This document shows positions 52,106 through 62,066 of a DNA stretch of 64,000 bases, piece by piece. This DNA comes from Bacteroidota bacterium (GTDB lineage: Bacteria; Bacteroidota; Bacteroidia; Bacteroidales; GCA-2711565). Position 1 is the first letter of the stretch; every line of letters starts with the position of its first letter. The DNA lies in assembly GCA_018816945.1 (NCBI GenBank), contig JAHIVC010000099.1, positions 64,554 through 128,553 of the forward strand, given 5' to 3'. Below the pieces are notes generated by a model that searched no databases, had not been told where the DNA came from, and worked only from the letters and a program-made list of their open reading frames with translations. The position numbers were made by a program, and so were the translations under genes.

Positions 52106-53932
52106 ATGTTTAATTTTGATTTCAAATATTCATTTATGATTCCTCCTTTGCCTTTTTATCAAAAACGCTTTGATCGATTTTCAGAAGAACTTAAAAAAAC
52201 TTCCCAACTTGTTGAACGCTATTCCGTAATTCGCATCCTTGTTTTTATTGCCGGATTGATTCTTCTTTATTTTTCAACAACCTTTAGCCTGAATATAGCC
52301 TTGGCCTATTCTGCATGTTTCGCAATTGTTTTTGGATTTATTGTTTATCATCATGGCATACTGCATAAACTTAAAAAAAACCTGACCATTCTGAAGGATA
52401 TTAACAAGAATGAAATAGCAGCAATAAATGGAGAGTTTGGGCATTTTAATAAGGGAGAGGAATTTATAAGCAACGAAAATCATTATGCTGATGATTTGGA
52501 TATTTTTGGAACAGGCTCCCTATTTCAATATTTAGACAGAAGTACCACCTTTAGCGGAAAGGAAAAATTAGCCCATTGGCTGGCAAATCAGGAATTAAAT
52601 ACCGAACAAATTTTACTTAAACAAGAAGCGGTTAAAGAACTTGCAGATAAACCTGAATGGAGACAAAACCTGCAACTGATTGGCAAAAATACCGATGAGA
52701 AAAAACAAGATGTACTTGATATCTTGAAATGGCTTGAAGAAGAACCTCTCATTAAAAACAAGAAGTTTATATATTTTATTATTCTGGTTAATCTGATCAC
52801 TTTTACATTATTAACCTTGAGTATTTTAGCCATAATTCCATCCGTAATTTTTATTCTTCACATAATGATAATCCCTTTTCTTATAATAGGACCTTTCGTT
52901 AAACGTATAAATCTAATTCATGCCCAATTGGGCAAAAAAACCGACTTGCTTTTAAAATATTCGACCATTATTAAACTGATAGAAGGAGAAAAATTTACAA
53001 GCAATTATTTATTCAACCTTAAAAAAAACAGTGCAATCATTGATAATAACGCAAGTCGAATTATTAAGAATTTATCGAAAATTTCATCGGCTTTTAACCA
53101 ACGCCTGAACATGATAGCAGGAGTGTTATTGAACATTTTTTTATTGTGGGATTTGATTCAAACGATACGTCTTGAAAATTGGAAGAAAAGACACAAGGAA
53201 CAATTGGTAAAATGGTTTGATGTAATCGGTGAATTTGATGCCCTTTCAAGCTTGGCTTGCTTTGCTTTTAACAATCCGGGTTATCAGATACCAAAAATTA
53301 GCGAGAAGAAATTTCTAATTCAGGCTGAGGAAATGGGTCATCCGCTTATTCATCATAAAAACAGAATAAATAATAGTATTGCGATTTCCGGACAACAACA
53401 GTTTGTGATTATAACAGGCGCAAACATGGCAGGTAAAAGTACTTTTTTACGAACCCTTGGAGTGAACATGATTTTGGCATCAGTAGGAGCTCCGGTTTGT
53501 GCACAGGCATTTGAATGGAGCCCGATTCAAATCTTCACCAGTATCCGCACCAAAGATTCCTTGTATAAAAACGAATCGTATTTTTTTGCAGAACTCAAGC
53601 AATTAAAAGTACTGATCGATCAGTTGCAATCCGGAAAACGATTATTCATCATTCTGGACGAAATTTTAAAAGGCACTAACTCAAAAGACAAACAAACAGG
53701 TTCAATGCACTTAATTGAGCAGCTTATCCGTTTAAATTCTTCCGGCATTATTGCCACGCACGATCTTGCTTTGGGCGATCTGGTCAAAACTTACCCAAAT
53801 AATATCAGCAACATGCGATTTGAGGTAGAATTTAATAATGATGAACTGGTTTTTGATTATAAACTTAAATCGGGAATTTCGCAAAACATGAACGCTACCT
53901 TTCTTATGAAAAAGATGGGAATCACGGTCTAG
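52106..53932 (+). CDS. Membrane-anchored MutS-related ATPase (MutS domain V only, no mismatch-binding domain)
   Basis: 608 aa. TM segments occur near residues 40-85 and 215-260. The C-terminal MutS ATPase has Walker A (GANMAGKST), LDEILKGTN and THD. The start could instead be the Met at 52133. Confidence 0.75.
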   Translation: MFNFDFKYSFMIPPLPFYQKRFDRFSEELKKTSQLVERYSVIRILVFIAGLILLYFSTTFSLNIALAYSACFAIVFGFIVYHHGILHKLKKNLTILKDINKNEIAAINGEFGHFNKGEEFISNENHYADDLDIFGTGSLFQYLDRSTTFSGKEKLAHWLANQELNTEQILLKQEAVKELADKPEWRQNLQLIGKNTDEKKQDVLDILKWLEEEPLIKNKKFIYFIILVNLITFTLLTLSILAIIPSVIFILHIMIIPFLIIGPFVKRINLIHAQLGKKTDLLLKYSTIIKLIEGEKFTSNYLFNLKKNSAIIDNNASRIIKNLSKISSAFNQRLNMIAGVLLNIFLLWDLIQTIRLENWKKRHKEQLVKWFDVIGEFDALSSLACFAFNNPGYQIPKISEKKFLIQAEEMGHPLIHHKNRINNSIAISGQQQFVIITGANMAGKSTFLRTLGVNMILASVGAPVCAQAFEWSPIQIFTSIRTKDSLYKNESYFFAELKQLKVLIDQLQSGKRLFIILDEILKGTNSKDKQTGSMHLIEQLIRLNSSGIIATHDLALGDLVKTYPNNISNMRFEVEFNNDELVFDYKLKSGISQNMNATFLMKKMGITV

Positions 53933-54143
53933 TTAAATAACTATTTCATGGTTTTCAACAGTTTATTGTATCTTCTTTAGTTATAGGAATAACAAATTCC
54001 TAAAATATGTTTAATTTCGTGGTTACGAATCAAAAACCTCAAAATCATGAAATGTCCATTAAAAAATTTAATCATAAATAAAATGTTTAGTTATTTATGG
54101 ACATTCCATCTGACCTATTTATAAACTTTAAAAAAATAAACAG

Positions 54144-55826
54144 ATGAAATCAAAACTATTTATCCTTTTTTTTATGAGTATCATTTTAATTACCTCTGGA
54201 TGTTCTTCTATTAAAAATGGCAAGAATGAATCAGTTAGTATCATTCCACCTAATATTGCCCTAAATCCTACATCGGTGGAAGAAGTAGATAGTCGTTTGC
54301 AAATTTATGCTCCTTTTGAATTAAAAAGCGATGTAAGCCATTTGTCCGACAACGAAAAAGAAATTCTTCCCCTCTTGTTCCAGATTGCTGATATTATGGA
54401 AGAAATATATTGGGAGCAAACCATTGGAAACAGAGAAGATTTTTTAAATCGCATAAAAGATCCTGGTTCAGCTTTATTTTCCTTAATCAATTATGGCCCC
54501 TGGGACAGATTAAATGGAAACCAATCATTTATTGCAGAAATTGGTGACAAACCGGCAGGAGCTAATTTTTATCCTGTTGATATGACCAAAGAAGAATTTG
54601 AAGCATTCACGGACCCAAATAAAACCAGTCAATATACCCTTATCAGAAGGGACAAGAATGGCTCGTTGAAATCAGTATGGTATCACGAGGCTTATAAAGA
54701 TGAAACTGAAAAGGCGGTGAGCCTGTTAAAAAAAGCAGCTAAACTCGCCGAAGATCCGGGATTTAAAAAATATTTAACCCTCCGTGCTGAAGCGTTGGCA
54801 ACCGACAATTATCAAGCGAGCGATTTTGCCTGGATGGATATGCAAAACTCTAATATTGATTTCGTGGTTGGTCCTATCGAAAATTACGAAGATGCACTTT
54901 ATGGTTATAAAGCCGCTCATGAATCTTTCATTTTAATTAAAGATATTGATTGGAGCAAAAAGCTGGCAAAATTCGGAGCAATGCTTCCTGATTTACAAAC
55001 CAAATTACCTGTTGAACCTGAATACAAAAAAGAAGTACCCGGTTCAAATGCCGATATTTTTGCTTACGATGTGGTTTATTATGCTGGCGATTGCAATGCC
55101 GGAAGCAAAACCATCGCAATCAATCTTCCAAACGATGAAGAGGTACATTTAAAAATGGGCTCACGTAAGCTGCAATTAAAAAATGCAATGCGAGCTAAAT
55201 TTGAACAAATAGTGGTTCCGATTTCCAAAATGCTCATCGACGAAAGTCAACAAAAATATGTCAAATTTGATGCGTTTTTTGAAAACACCATGTTTCATGA
55301 AGTAGGACATGCCATGGGAATAAAAAACACCCTCGACGGCACCCAAACCGTTCGTGCAGCACTTAAAGAAAAATATTCATCAATGGAAGAAGCTAAAGCC
55401 GATATTATGGGGCTTTACCTTGTAACCCAATTATACGAAATGGGAGAACTTACTCAGGGCGAAGTGATGGATAATTATGTTACCTTTTTTGCCGGAATAT
55501 TCCGATCAAGTCGTTTTGGAGCAGCCAGTGCGCACGGCAAAGCAAATATGATGCGATTTAATTATTTTGCAGATAAAGGTGTTTTCACACGAAGCGAAGA
55601 AGGAACCTATACCATTCATTTCGAAGAAATGAAAAAAGCAATGATCAGTTCGCTACAAGATATTCTTACGATTCAAGGTAATGGCGATTACGAAACAGCC
55701 TCAAAACTGATTGAAGAAAAAGGAATTGTTATGCCTACTCTTCAAGCTGATCTTGATCGACTTGGCAATGCTAGTATCCCTGTTGATATTGTCTTTTCAC
55801 AAGGACTTTCAAGACTTGGATTATAA
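54144..55826 (+). CDS. Zinc metallopeptidase lipoprotein, DPP III (M49)-like
   Basis: 560 aa with lipobox ITSGC, an HExxH motif (FHEVGHAMG) and a downstream EEAKAD motif reminiscent of the second zinc-binding motif of M49. The family call is tentative. Confidence 0.5.
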   Translation: MKSKLFILFFMSIILITSGCSSIKNGKNESVSIIPPNIALNPTSVEEVDSRLQIYAPFELKSDVSHLSDNEKEILPLLFQIADIMEEIYWEQTIGNREDFLNRIKDPGSALFSLINYGPWDRLNGNQSFIAEIGDKPAGANFYPVDMTKEEFEAFTDPNKTSQYTLIRRDKNGSLKSVWYHEAYKDETEKAVSLLKKAAKLAEDPGFKKYLTLRAEALATDNYQASDFAWMDMQNSNIDFVVGPIENYEDALYGYKAAHESFILIKDIDWSKKLAKFGAMLPDLQTKLPVEPEYKKEVPGSNADIFAYDVVYYAGDCNAGSKTIAINLPNDEEVHLKMGSRKLQLKNAMRAKFEQIVVPISKMLIDESQQKYVKFDAFFENTMFHEVGHAMGIKNTLDGTQTVRAALKEKYSSMEEAKADIMGLYLVTQLYEMGELTQGEVMDNYVTFFAGIFRSSRFGAASAHGKANMMRFNYFADKGVFTRSEEGTYTIHFEEMKKAMISSLQDILTIQGNGDYETASKLIEEKGIVMPTLQADLDRLGNASIPVDIVFSQGLSRLGL

Positions 55827-55855
55827 TCATTAACCTATAACTAAACTTAAAAATA

Positions 55856-57955
55856 ATGAAAAAGATGATCATCATGCTTTGTTTTACATGTCTTGGAATC
55901 ATTTCATGTAAGCAGAAGGCAGAACAAACTGAAACCGTAAATCCATTCTTTAGTGAATATAATACACCTTTTCAGGTACCTCCTTTCGAACAAATAAAAC
56001 TTGGACATTATATTCCTGCTTTTGAAAAAGGAATGCTTGAACACAAAAAAGAAGTTGATGCAATAATTAATAGTAAAGAGGAAGCTACTTTTGACAACAC
56101 GATTGCAGCTATAGATAAAGCAGGAGAGTTGCTTGGAAAAGTATCAATGGTATTTTATAGCATTGTCGGTGCAAATACAAATAAAGAGCTGGATTCTATC
56201 CAAATGGTGATTGCTCCTGTTTTGGCTGCTCATGGTGACGATATCAGATTAAACCCCAAATATTTTGAAAGAATAAAAGCCGTTTATGATAATCGTGAAC
56301 AATTCAATTTAACTGCCGAGCAATTATTTATTCTCGAAAACCAGTATAAGGGCCTGGTGAGAAATGGTGCTGAATTAACCTCTGAGAAGAAAGAAGAGTT
56401 AAAAGCCATCAACCAAAAACTTTCTACACTTGCTGTTCAATTTGATCAAAATGTATTGAGCGAAACCAACAGTTTTAAATTGGTTATTGATAATGAAGCT
56501 GATTTAGCCGGCTTGCCTGAATCTGTTAGGGCGGCAGGTGCTGATGATGCCAAAGCAGCAGAAATGGAAGGAAAATGGGTATTCACAACTCAACGCCCAA
56601 GTATGTATCCTTTTTTACAATATTCCGAAAAAAGGGACTTAAGGGAAAAATTGTACATGGCCTATACAAATCGTTCAAATCACGATGACGATAAAGACAA
56701 TAAAGCCATTGTTGCACAAATTATGAAACTTCGTGTTGAAAGAGCTAATTTGTTGGGATATAAAACACATGCCCACCTTACTTTAGAACCACGAATGGCA
56801 GGTACTCCCGATAGGGCCATTGCATTGTTAGATCAACTCTGGAATGCTGCATTGCCTATTGCTAAAAGCGAAGCTAAACAAATGCAAGCCGTGATCGATA
56901 AAGAAGGTGGTAATTTTAAACTTGCATCGTGGGATTGGTGGTATTATGCTGAAAAAATACGGATGGCAAAATATAATTTGGACGAGAATGAAGTTCGTCC
57001 TTATTTCAAATTAGAAAACGTTAGGGATGGTGCTTTTTGGGTTGCCAATCAATTGTATGGAATTACATTCACCCCCATTGAAAACATTCCCTTACCTCAT
57101 CCAGATGCACAGGCTTTCGAAGTGAAGGAAGCTGATGGAAGTCATTTATCAGTTTTATACATGGATTTTTATCCAAGAGAAAGTAAGAGTGGAGGTGCAT
57201 GGTGTGGCAGTTATCGGGATCATCATTTTTTAGATGGAAAAGAAATTAAGCCTATTGTAACTGTTGTATGTAATCTAACAAAACCTGCAGGTGACACTCC
57301 ATCACTTTTAAGCATGGATGACGTTTCTACTTTATTCCACGAATTTGGTCATGCCCTGGATGGTATGTTTGCAAAAACAACTTATAATTCAAATTATATT
57401 GCTTGGGATTTTGTTGAATTACCCTCACAAATTATGGAACATTGGGTAACTGAGCCAGAAGTTTTAAAACAATATGCAAAGCATTATCAAACGGGAGATG
57501 TAATTCCAAATGAATTGGTTAAAAAAATGGATGCCGCCAGTAAATTTAACCAGGGTTTCGTTAATGTTGAAATTATAGCCGCTTCATTGCTCGATCTTGC
57601 TTATCACACGATTGAAAAACCTGTTGATATTGATGTTGCCAAATTCGAAAAAGATTATTTGAACAGCATTGGTTTAATTCCTGAAATTGAATCGAGATAC
57701 AGAACTACTTATTTCGGACACATCATTGGTGGATACGATGCAGGTTACTATAGTTATACCTGGGCCGCTGTTTTGGATAATGATGCTTATGAAGCATTTA
57801 CCGAAAATGGCATCTTTGATAAAGCAACTGCCGATAAATTCAGAAAATGCATTTTAGAAAAAAATGGTATTGAAAATGCCATGGAAATGTATGTTAATTT
57901 CAGAGGCAGAGAACCGAAAATAGAACCTTTATTAAAAAACAGGGGCCTAAATTAA
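55856..57955 (+). CDS. dcp: M3-family peptidyl-dipeptidase (Dcp-like) lipoprotein, copy 1
   Basis: 699 aa with lipobox LGIISC, the zinc motif FHEFGHAL and the typical C-terminal NFRGREP. Confidence 0.85.
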   Translation: MKKMIIMLCFTCLGIISCKQKAEQTETVNPFFSEYNTPFQVPPFEQIKLGHYIPAFEKGMLEHKKEVDAIINSKEEATFDNTIAAIDKAGELLGKVSMVFYSIVGANTNKELDSIQMVIAPVLAAHGDDIRLNPKYFERIKAVYDNREQFNLTAEQLFILENQYKGLVRNGAELTSEKKEELKAINQKLSTLAVQFDQNVLSETNSFKLVIDNEADLAGLPESVRAAGADDAKAAEMEGKWVFTTQRPSMYPFLQYSEKRDLREKLYMAYTNRSNHDDDKDNKAIVAQIMKLRVERANLLGYKTHAHLTLEPRMAGTPDRAIALLDQLWNAALPIAKSEAKQMQAVIDKEGGNFKLASWDWWYYAEKIRMAKYNLDENEVRPYFKLENVRDGAFWVANQLYGITFTPIENIPLPHPDAQAFEVKEADGSHLSVLYMDFYPRESKSGGAWCGSYRDHHFLDGKEIKPIVTVVCNLTKPAGDTPSLLSMDDVSTLFHEFGHALDGMFAKTTYNSNYIAWDFVELPSQIMEHWVTEPEVLKQYAKHYQTGDVIPNELVKKMDAASKFNQGFVNVEIIAASLLDLAYHTIEKPVDIDVAKFEKDYLNSIGLIPEIESRYRTTYFGHIIGGYDAGYYSYTWAAVLDNDAYEAFTENGIFDKATADKFRKCILEKNGIENAMEMYVNFRGREPKIEPLLKNRGLN

Positions 57956-57978
57956 AAGCCTTCTGTACAATTTTAAAG

Positions 57979-58002
57979 GCGGGAAATTCTCCCGCTTTTT
58001 TT
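57979..58002 (+). terminator. Intrinsic terminator after dcp copy 1
   Basis: Stem gcggga/tcccgc with a 5-nt loop and a T7 run. Confidence 0.85.
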
Positions 58003-58153
58003 ATATTATGCCATTTTGTGGATATCTATGGAATCCTAACTTTCATCCCCATCAATTTAAAGAAGGTCTAAATAAACATGACAAAGTAAATAGTGTCGTG
58101 CTTATTCCTTATTTTTATCCTTCTTAACCAATTGTTTAATTAAAAAATTAGCT

Positions 58154-60256
58154 GTGAAAAAATTAATAATGTTTGTTTGTATAGCAGGCTTAGGACTAGC
58201 TGCATGCAACACTCAGGAAAAACAGGTAGCCGATAATGGCAATCCGTTCTTCTCTGAATTCGATACCCCTTTTCATGTTCCTCCTTTCGATAAAATTAAA
58301 GCTGAGCATTATATGCCTGCATTTTTAGAAGGGATGAAACTTGAAAAAGCCGAAATTGAGGCAATTGTAAATAATCCGGAAGCCCCAACATTTGAAAATA
58401 CAATAATTCCTTATACGCGAGCCGGTAGATTTTTAGGTAGAGTAAGTTCTGTATTTGGCGGATTAAGCAGTGCAAATACAACTGATGAATTAAAAGCCAT
58501 TGCGAAAGAACTTTCACCTATTCGTTCAGCCCATAGCAATGAAATCAGTTTAAACCCTGCATTGTTCCAAAGGATTAAAACTGTTTACGAACAAAGAGAT
58601 TCTTATAACTTAGAACCGGATGCACTTTTTATGCTGGAAAATTTATATGGCAGTTTCGTCAGGAATGGTGCCAATTTAGATGATGATGCAAAAGAAAAAC
58701 TCAAAGAAATTAATGTGGAACTTTCCGGTTTAAGCGTTCAATTTGGTCAGAATCTATTAGGAGAAACCAATGCTTATCAATTAATTATTGAGAATGAAGC
58801 AGATTTAGATGGTTTACCTGAAAACATTAAGGCTCTGGGTGCTGAAGAAGCTACTCGTGCTGGTCTTGATGGTAAATGGGTTTATACAACACAACGTGCC
58901 AGCATGTATCCTTTTTTGACTTATGCCAAAAACCGAGATTTACGTAAGCAAATTTACACCGCTTATACCATGAGGGGTGATAACGATAATGAGCGTGATA
59001 ATAAAAAAATTGCATCAGACATTTATAAATTAAGATTACGACGAGCCAATTTGTTAGGTTATAAAACCCATGCAGACTTAATTCTTTCAACACGGATGGC
59101 TAAAACTTCCGAACGTGTTTATGATTTATTGGATCAGGTATGGTGGCCGGCATTAGAAGTTGCCAAAAAAGAAGTAAAAGACATGCAGGCCATTGCTGAT
59201 GCCGAAGGCGGTAAATTCAAAATTGCTGCCTGGGATTGGTGGTATTATGCCGAAAAAGTTAGAGCCGATAAATACAATTTTGAAGACAGCGAAATTCGCC
59301 CTTATTTTTCCCGAAAAAATGTACAGGATGCCATATTTTATGTAGCTAATCAACTTTATGGGATAACCTTTACAGAAGTAAAGGATGCTCCAAAACCTCA
59401 TCCTGATGCATTTCTTTTTGAAGTAAAAGAAGCAGATGGAAGTCACCTGGGTGTATTGTATCAGGATTTTTACCCGCGTGCCAGTAAAAATGGCGGCGCA
59501 TGGTGTGGCGGCTATGAGCGTTACAAAATTGTTGACGGAGTAGTAACTCCACCTATCATAACGATGGTTACTAATGTTGCAGCTCCTGTCGGAGACTTGC
59601 CAGCATTGCTAAGTATTGATGATGTCACTACTGTATTTCATGAATTTGGTCATGCATTGGACGGATTGTTCTCTAATGTTCGTTATGAGCAAACTTTCAG
59701 ATCGACTGATTTTACAGAATTGCCTTCTCAAATTATGGAACATTGGGCTATGGAACCTGATGTATTAAAAGTATATGCAAAACATTATAAAACAGGTGAA
59801 GTAATTCCTGATGATCTGATCGAAAAAATTCAAAAATCCAGCTTGTTCAATCAGGGATTTATTACCGTTGAATTTGTTGCGGCTGCACTAATCGATATGG
59901 AATATTATACACAAACGGTAGAAAAGGATTTAGATATCAGGGCTTTCGAAAAAGATTTTTTTGCAAAACGAAAATTAATACCTGAAATTGCGCCACGATA
60001 CAGAACCACTTATTTCTCTCACATCATTGGTGGGTACTCAGCCGGATATTACAGCTATTTGTGGTCTGGAGTACTTGATAATGATGCCTTCGAAGCATTT
60101 AAAGAAACCAGTTTGTTCGACCAGGAAACAGCACAAAAATTCAGAAGAGAAATTCTTGAACCTAATGGTTTAAAAGATCCGGATGAAATGTATTTTAATT
60201 TCCGGGGACGTGCACCAATCATTGAACCTTTGTTAAAGAGCAGGGGATTGAAATAG
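58154..60256 (+). CDS. dcp: M3-family peptidyl-dipeptidase (Dcp-like) lipoprotein, copy 2 (tandem paralog)
   Basis: 700 aa with a GTG start, lipobox GLAAC and FHEFGHAL. It is collinear with copy 1 along the full length (roughly two thirds identical by eye). Confidence 0.85.
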   Translation: MKKLIMFVCIAGLGLAACNTQEKQVADNGNPFFSEFDTPFHVPPFDKIKAEHYMPAFLEGMKLEKAEIEAIVNNPEAPTFENTIIPYTRAGRFLGRVSSVFGGLSSANTTDELKAIAKELSPIRSAHSNEISLNPALFQRIKTVYEQRDSYNLEPDALFMLENLYGSFVRNGANLDDDAKEKLKEINVELSGLSVQFGQNLLGETNAYQLIIENEADLDGLPENIKALGAEEATRAGLDGKWVYTTQRASMYPFLTYAKNRDLRKQIYTAYTMRGDNDNERDNKKIASDIYKLRLRRANLLGYKTHADLILSTRMAKTSERVYDLLDQVWWPALEVAKKEVKDMQAIADAEGGKFKIAAWDWWYYAEKVRADKYNFEDSEIRPYFSRKNVQDAIFYVANQLYGITFTEVKDAPKPHPDAFLFEVKEADGSHLGVLYQDFYPRASKNGGAWCGGYERYKIVDGVVTPPIITMVTNVAAPVGDLPALLSIDDVTTVFHEFGHALDGLFSNVRYEQTFRSTDFTELPSQIMEHWAMEPDVLKVYAKHYKTGEVIPDDLIEKIQKSSLFNQGFITVEFVAAALIDMEYYTQTVEKDLDIRAFEKDFFAKRKLIPEIAPRYRTTYFSHIIGGYSAGYYSYLWSGVLDNDAFEAFKETSLFDQETAQKFRREILEPNGLKDPDEMYFNFRGRAPIIEPLLKSRGLK

Positions 60257-60272
60257 TTCCTAAATAGCATAT

Positions 60273-60307
60273 AAAAAACCCATTGGAATATTTCTGATGG
60301 GTTTTTT
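60273..60307. terminator. Bidirectional intrinsic terminator between dcp copy 2 and the retropepsin-PDZ gene
   Basis: Stem aacccat/atgggtt, with an A6 run before it and a T6 run after it. Confidence 0.8.
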
Positions 60308-60325
60308 ATTGTTATTATATTTCAG

Positions 60326-61543
60326 TTAAAGAATTTCCCTTAATTGAATATTTAAAATTAAGGATTCATTATTTCTTTGAATTGTCAATTTTATAGATTC
60401 CGACCTCTTAATAATCTCCTGTTGTTGTTCATGGCTTATTTCCTTAATCGACTGGCCGTTTATATGAGTGATTTTATCGTCAATTTTTAAACCTGATTTT
60501 TCAGCAGAAGAATTTTTATATAAACCTGTTATATTCCAAGCATCCATTGTGACTGCTCTGTCAACAAATGCGAATCCCAGACGAGGGATTTCAAAAGAAT
60601 TATTAAAATCACCATTGGGTTTTAGGTAAAGAATACTATTTCTGAAATCAATGATAATGTCAAACTTTTCTAATATCCGATTACCAAGTAAGCCTAAGTT
60701 TTTGTTTGACGAAAGTGCCCCATATTTATCCTCACTATAATCCATCACAAAATCATTGAGTTCGTAATCCCCAATAAACAAAGACTTGGCAATAAAATCA
60801 TTTCTTGAAGTCTCGCCACCAACACCTCCGTATTTCGAATAGTAGTTTCTTTTTTTATTAACATTATTTCCCAGATCAAATTGTTTGGCTGTCGGGCTTG
60901 TTAATGATATACTTCCACCACTACCCAAATCAAGGGTACACTTTCCTATAATTTCTAACGAATCATTAATGTTTAATTTAATGGGAACATAAAGCCTATT
61001 ATTTACATTTTCACACCTAATTTTTGTATATCCATTTGTGATAGCAACATTAATGCTATCATGGATTTTCATGTACTGATAATTGTAATTGATTTCTAAT
61101 ATTTTTACGTTAAAATAATTCCTCCCTAAAATGCCATCCGCAAAATCGCCAAGAATGTTTTTCAGTCCTAAAATTGGAACATTGCTGGTTCTATAATTAT
61201 TATTGGCAAATTGAAAGCTAACTGTATCCAATATCAATTTTGTTTTTTGTGGTTTTGATCCCACCCCGGGTAAAAAAGCTACAACAATTTTATCATAAGC
61301 AAATTTATTATCCCCGAAAAATAAGGAGTCAATATATAAATTATCAGCCCCGGTATCAAATACAAAAACGCTTTTAGCTTTATCAACAATTCCTTCTATA
61401 TAAATATGCTTCCGATAAATAATTGGAATGGCACCTGATGGTAATTGAAATTCAGTTTTTGTGATAGTTTTTTGAACAGGTTCTTGAAAACTACAAGACA
61501 ACAAACAAATAGCCACTAAGGTCAGTTTAAACATATTTCTCAT
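60326..61543 (-). CDS. Retropepsin-like aspartic protease with a C-terminal PDZ domain
   Basis: 405 aa with a signal/lipobox-like N-terminus (LLSC), two Asp-protease-like motifs (FDTGAD, LDLGSGGS) and a PDZ-like segment (GLKIDDKITHINGQSI). Confidence 0.6.
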   Translation of the reverse strand: MRNMFKLTLVAICLLSCSFQEPVQKTITKTEFQLPSGAIPIIYRKHIYIEGIVDKAKSVFVFDTGADNLYIDSLFFGDNKFAYDKIVVAFLPGVGSKPQKTKLILDTVSFQFANNNYRTSNVPILGLKNILGDFADGILGRNYFNVKILEINYNYQYMKIHDSINVAITNGYTKIRCENVNNRLYVPIKLNINDSLEIIGKCTLDLGSGGSISLTSPTAKQFDLGNNVNKKRNYYSKYGGVGGETSRNDFIAKSLFIGDYELNDFVMDYSEDKYGALSSNKNLGLLGNRILEKFDIIIDFRNSILYLKPNGDFNNSFEIPRLGFAFVDRAVTMDAWNITGLYKNSSAEKSGLKIDDKITHINGQSIKEISHEQQQEIIKRSESIKLTIQRNNESLILNIQLREIL

Positions 61544-62013
61544 AATCCTTTATTGGTTAATTGATTTTTGTTTGTTCTTCTATTCTCTTTACTTTCTATA
61601 AAAACTCCATCTTTGTAAATAGAAATCCCTGTTAAATGGTGGTTTTCTGCATAAAACTTCCAATGGCCATGCCAGTAAAATCTTATTTTATCTGTATGAA
61701 ATTCTAAAATACCATAGCCTTTTTGTTGAATTTTTCCATGTTCATTGTAATTTTTGACCTTAATTCTTTTTTTAAGATGACGTTCTTTCATCATCAATTT
61801 TCCTTCGGAGTTATACATTTTGCAAACCCCACTTTCTCGGTCATTTTTATAATGAAACCTTCTGGCTGGTATATGTTTTTCCTTATCCCAATACATCAAC
61901 CAAAGGCCTGTTTTTTTTCCATCCGCATTTATTTTGTTGTAATATTTGCATTGCGATTTTACCGATAGGGTAATTATCATAATGATGAAAATGGAGATTG
62001 CTTTTTTTATCAT
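61540..62013 (-). CDS. Secreted MORN-repeat-variant-like protein
   Basis: 157 aa with a signal peptide and repeated G-x-W/Y-x-x-Y/F-x-x-G units (GKKTGLWLMYW, GVCKMYNSEGKL, HGHWKFYAEN). There is a 4-nt overlap with the downstream protease gene. Weak call. Confidence 0.4.
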   Translation of the reverse strand: MIKKAISIFIIMIITLSVKSQCKYYNKINADGKKTGLWLMYWDKEKHIPARRFHYKNDRESGVCKMYNSEGKLMMKERHLKKRIKVKNYNEHGKIQQKGYGILEFHTDKIRFYWHGHWKFYAENHHLTGISIYKDGVFIESKENRRTNKNQLTNKGL

Positions 62014-62066
62014 ACTTAATCTATTATGGGATGGCGTTCTTATGAGAGGAAACCATCGGCTTTAAT

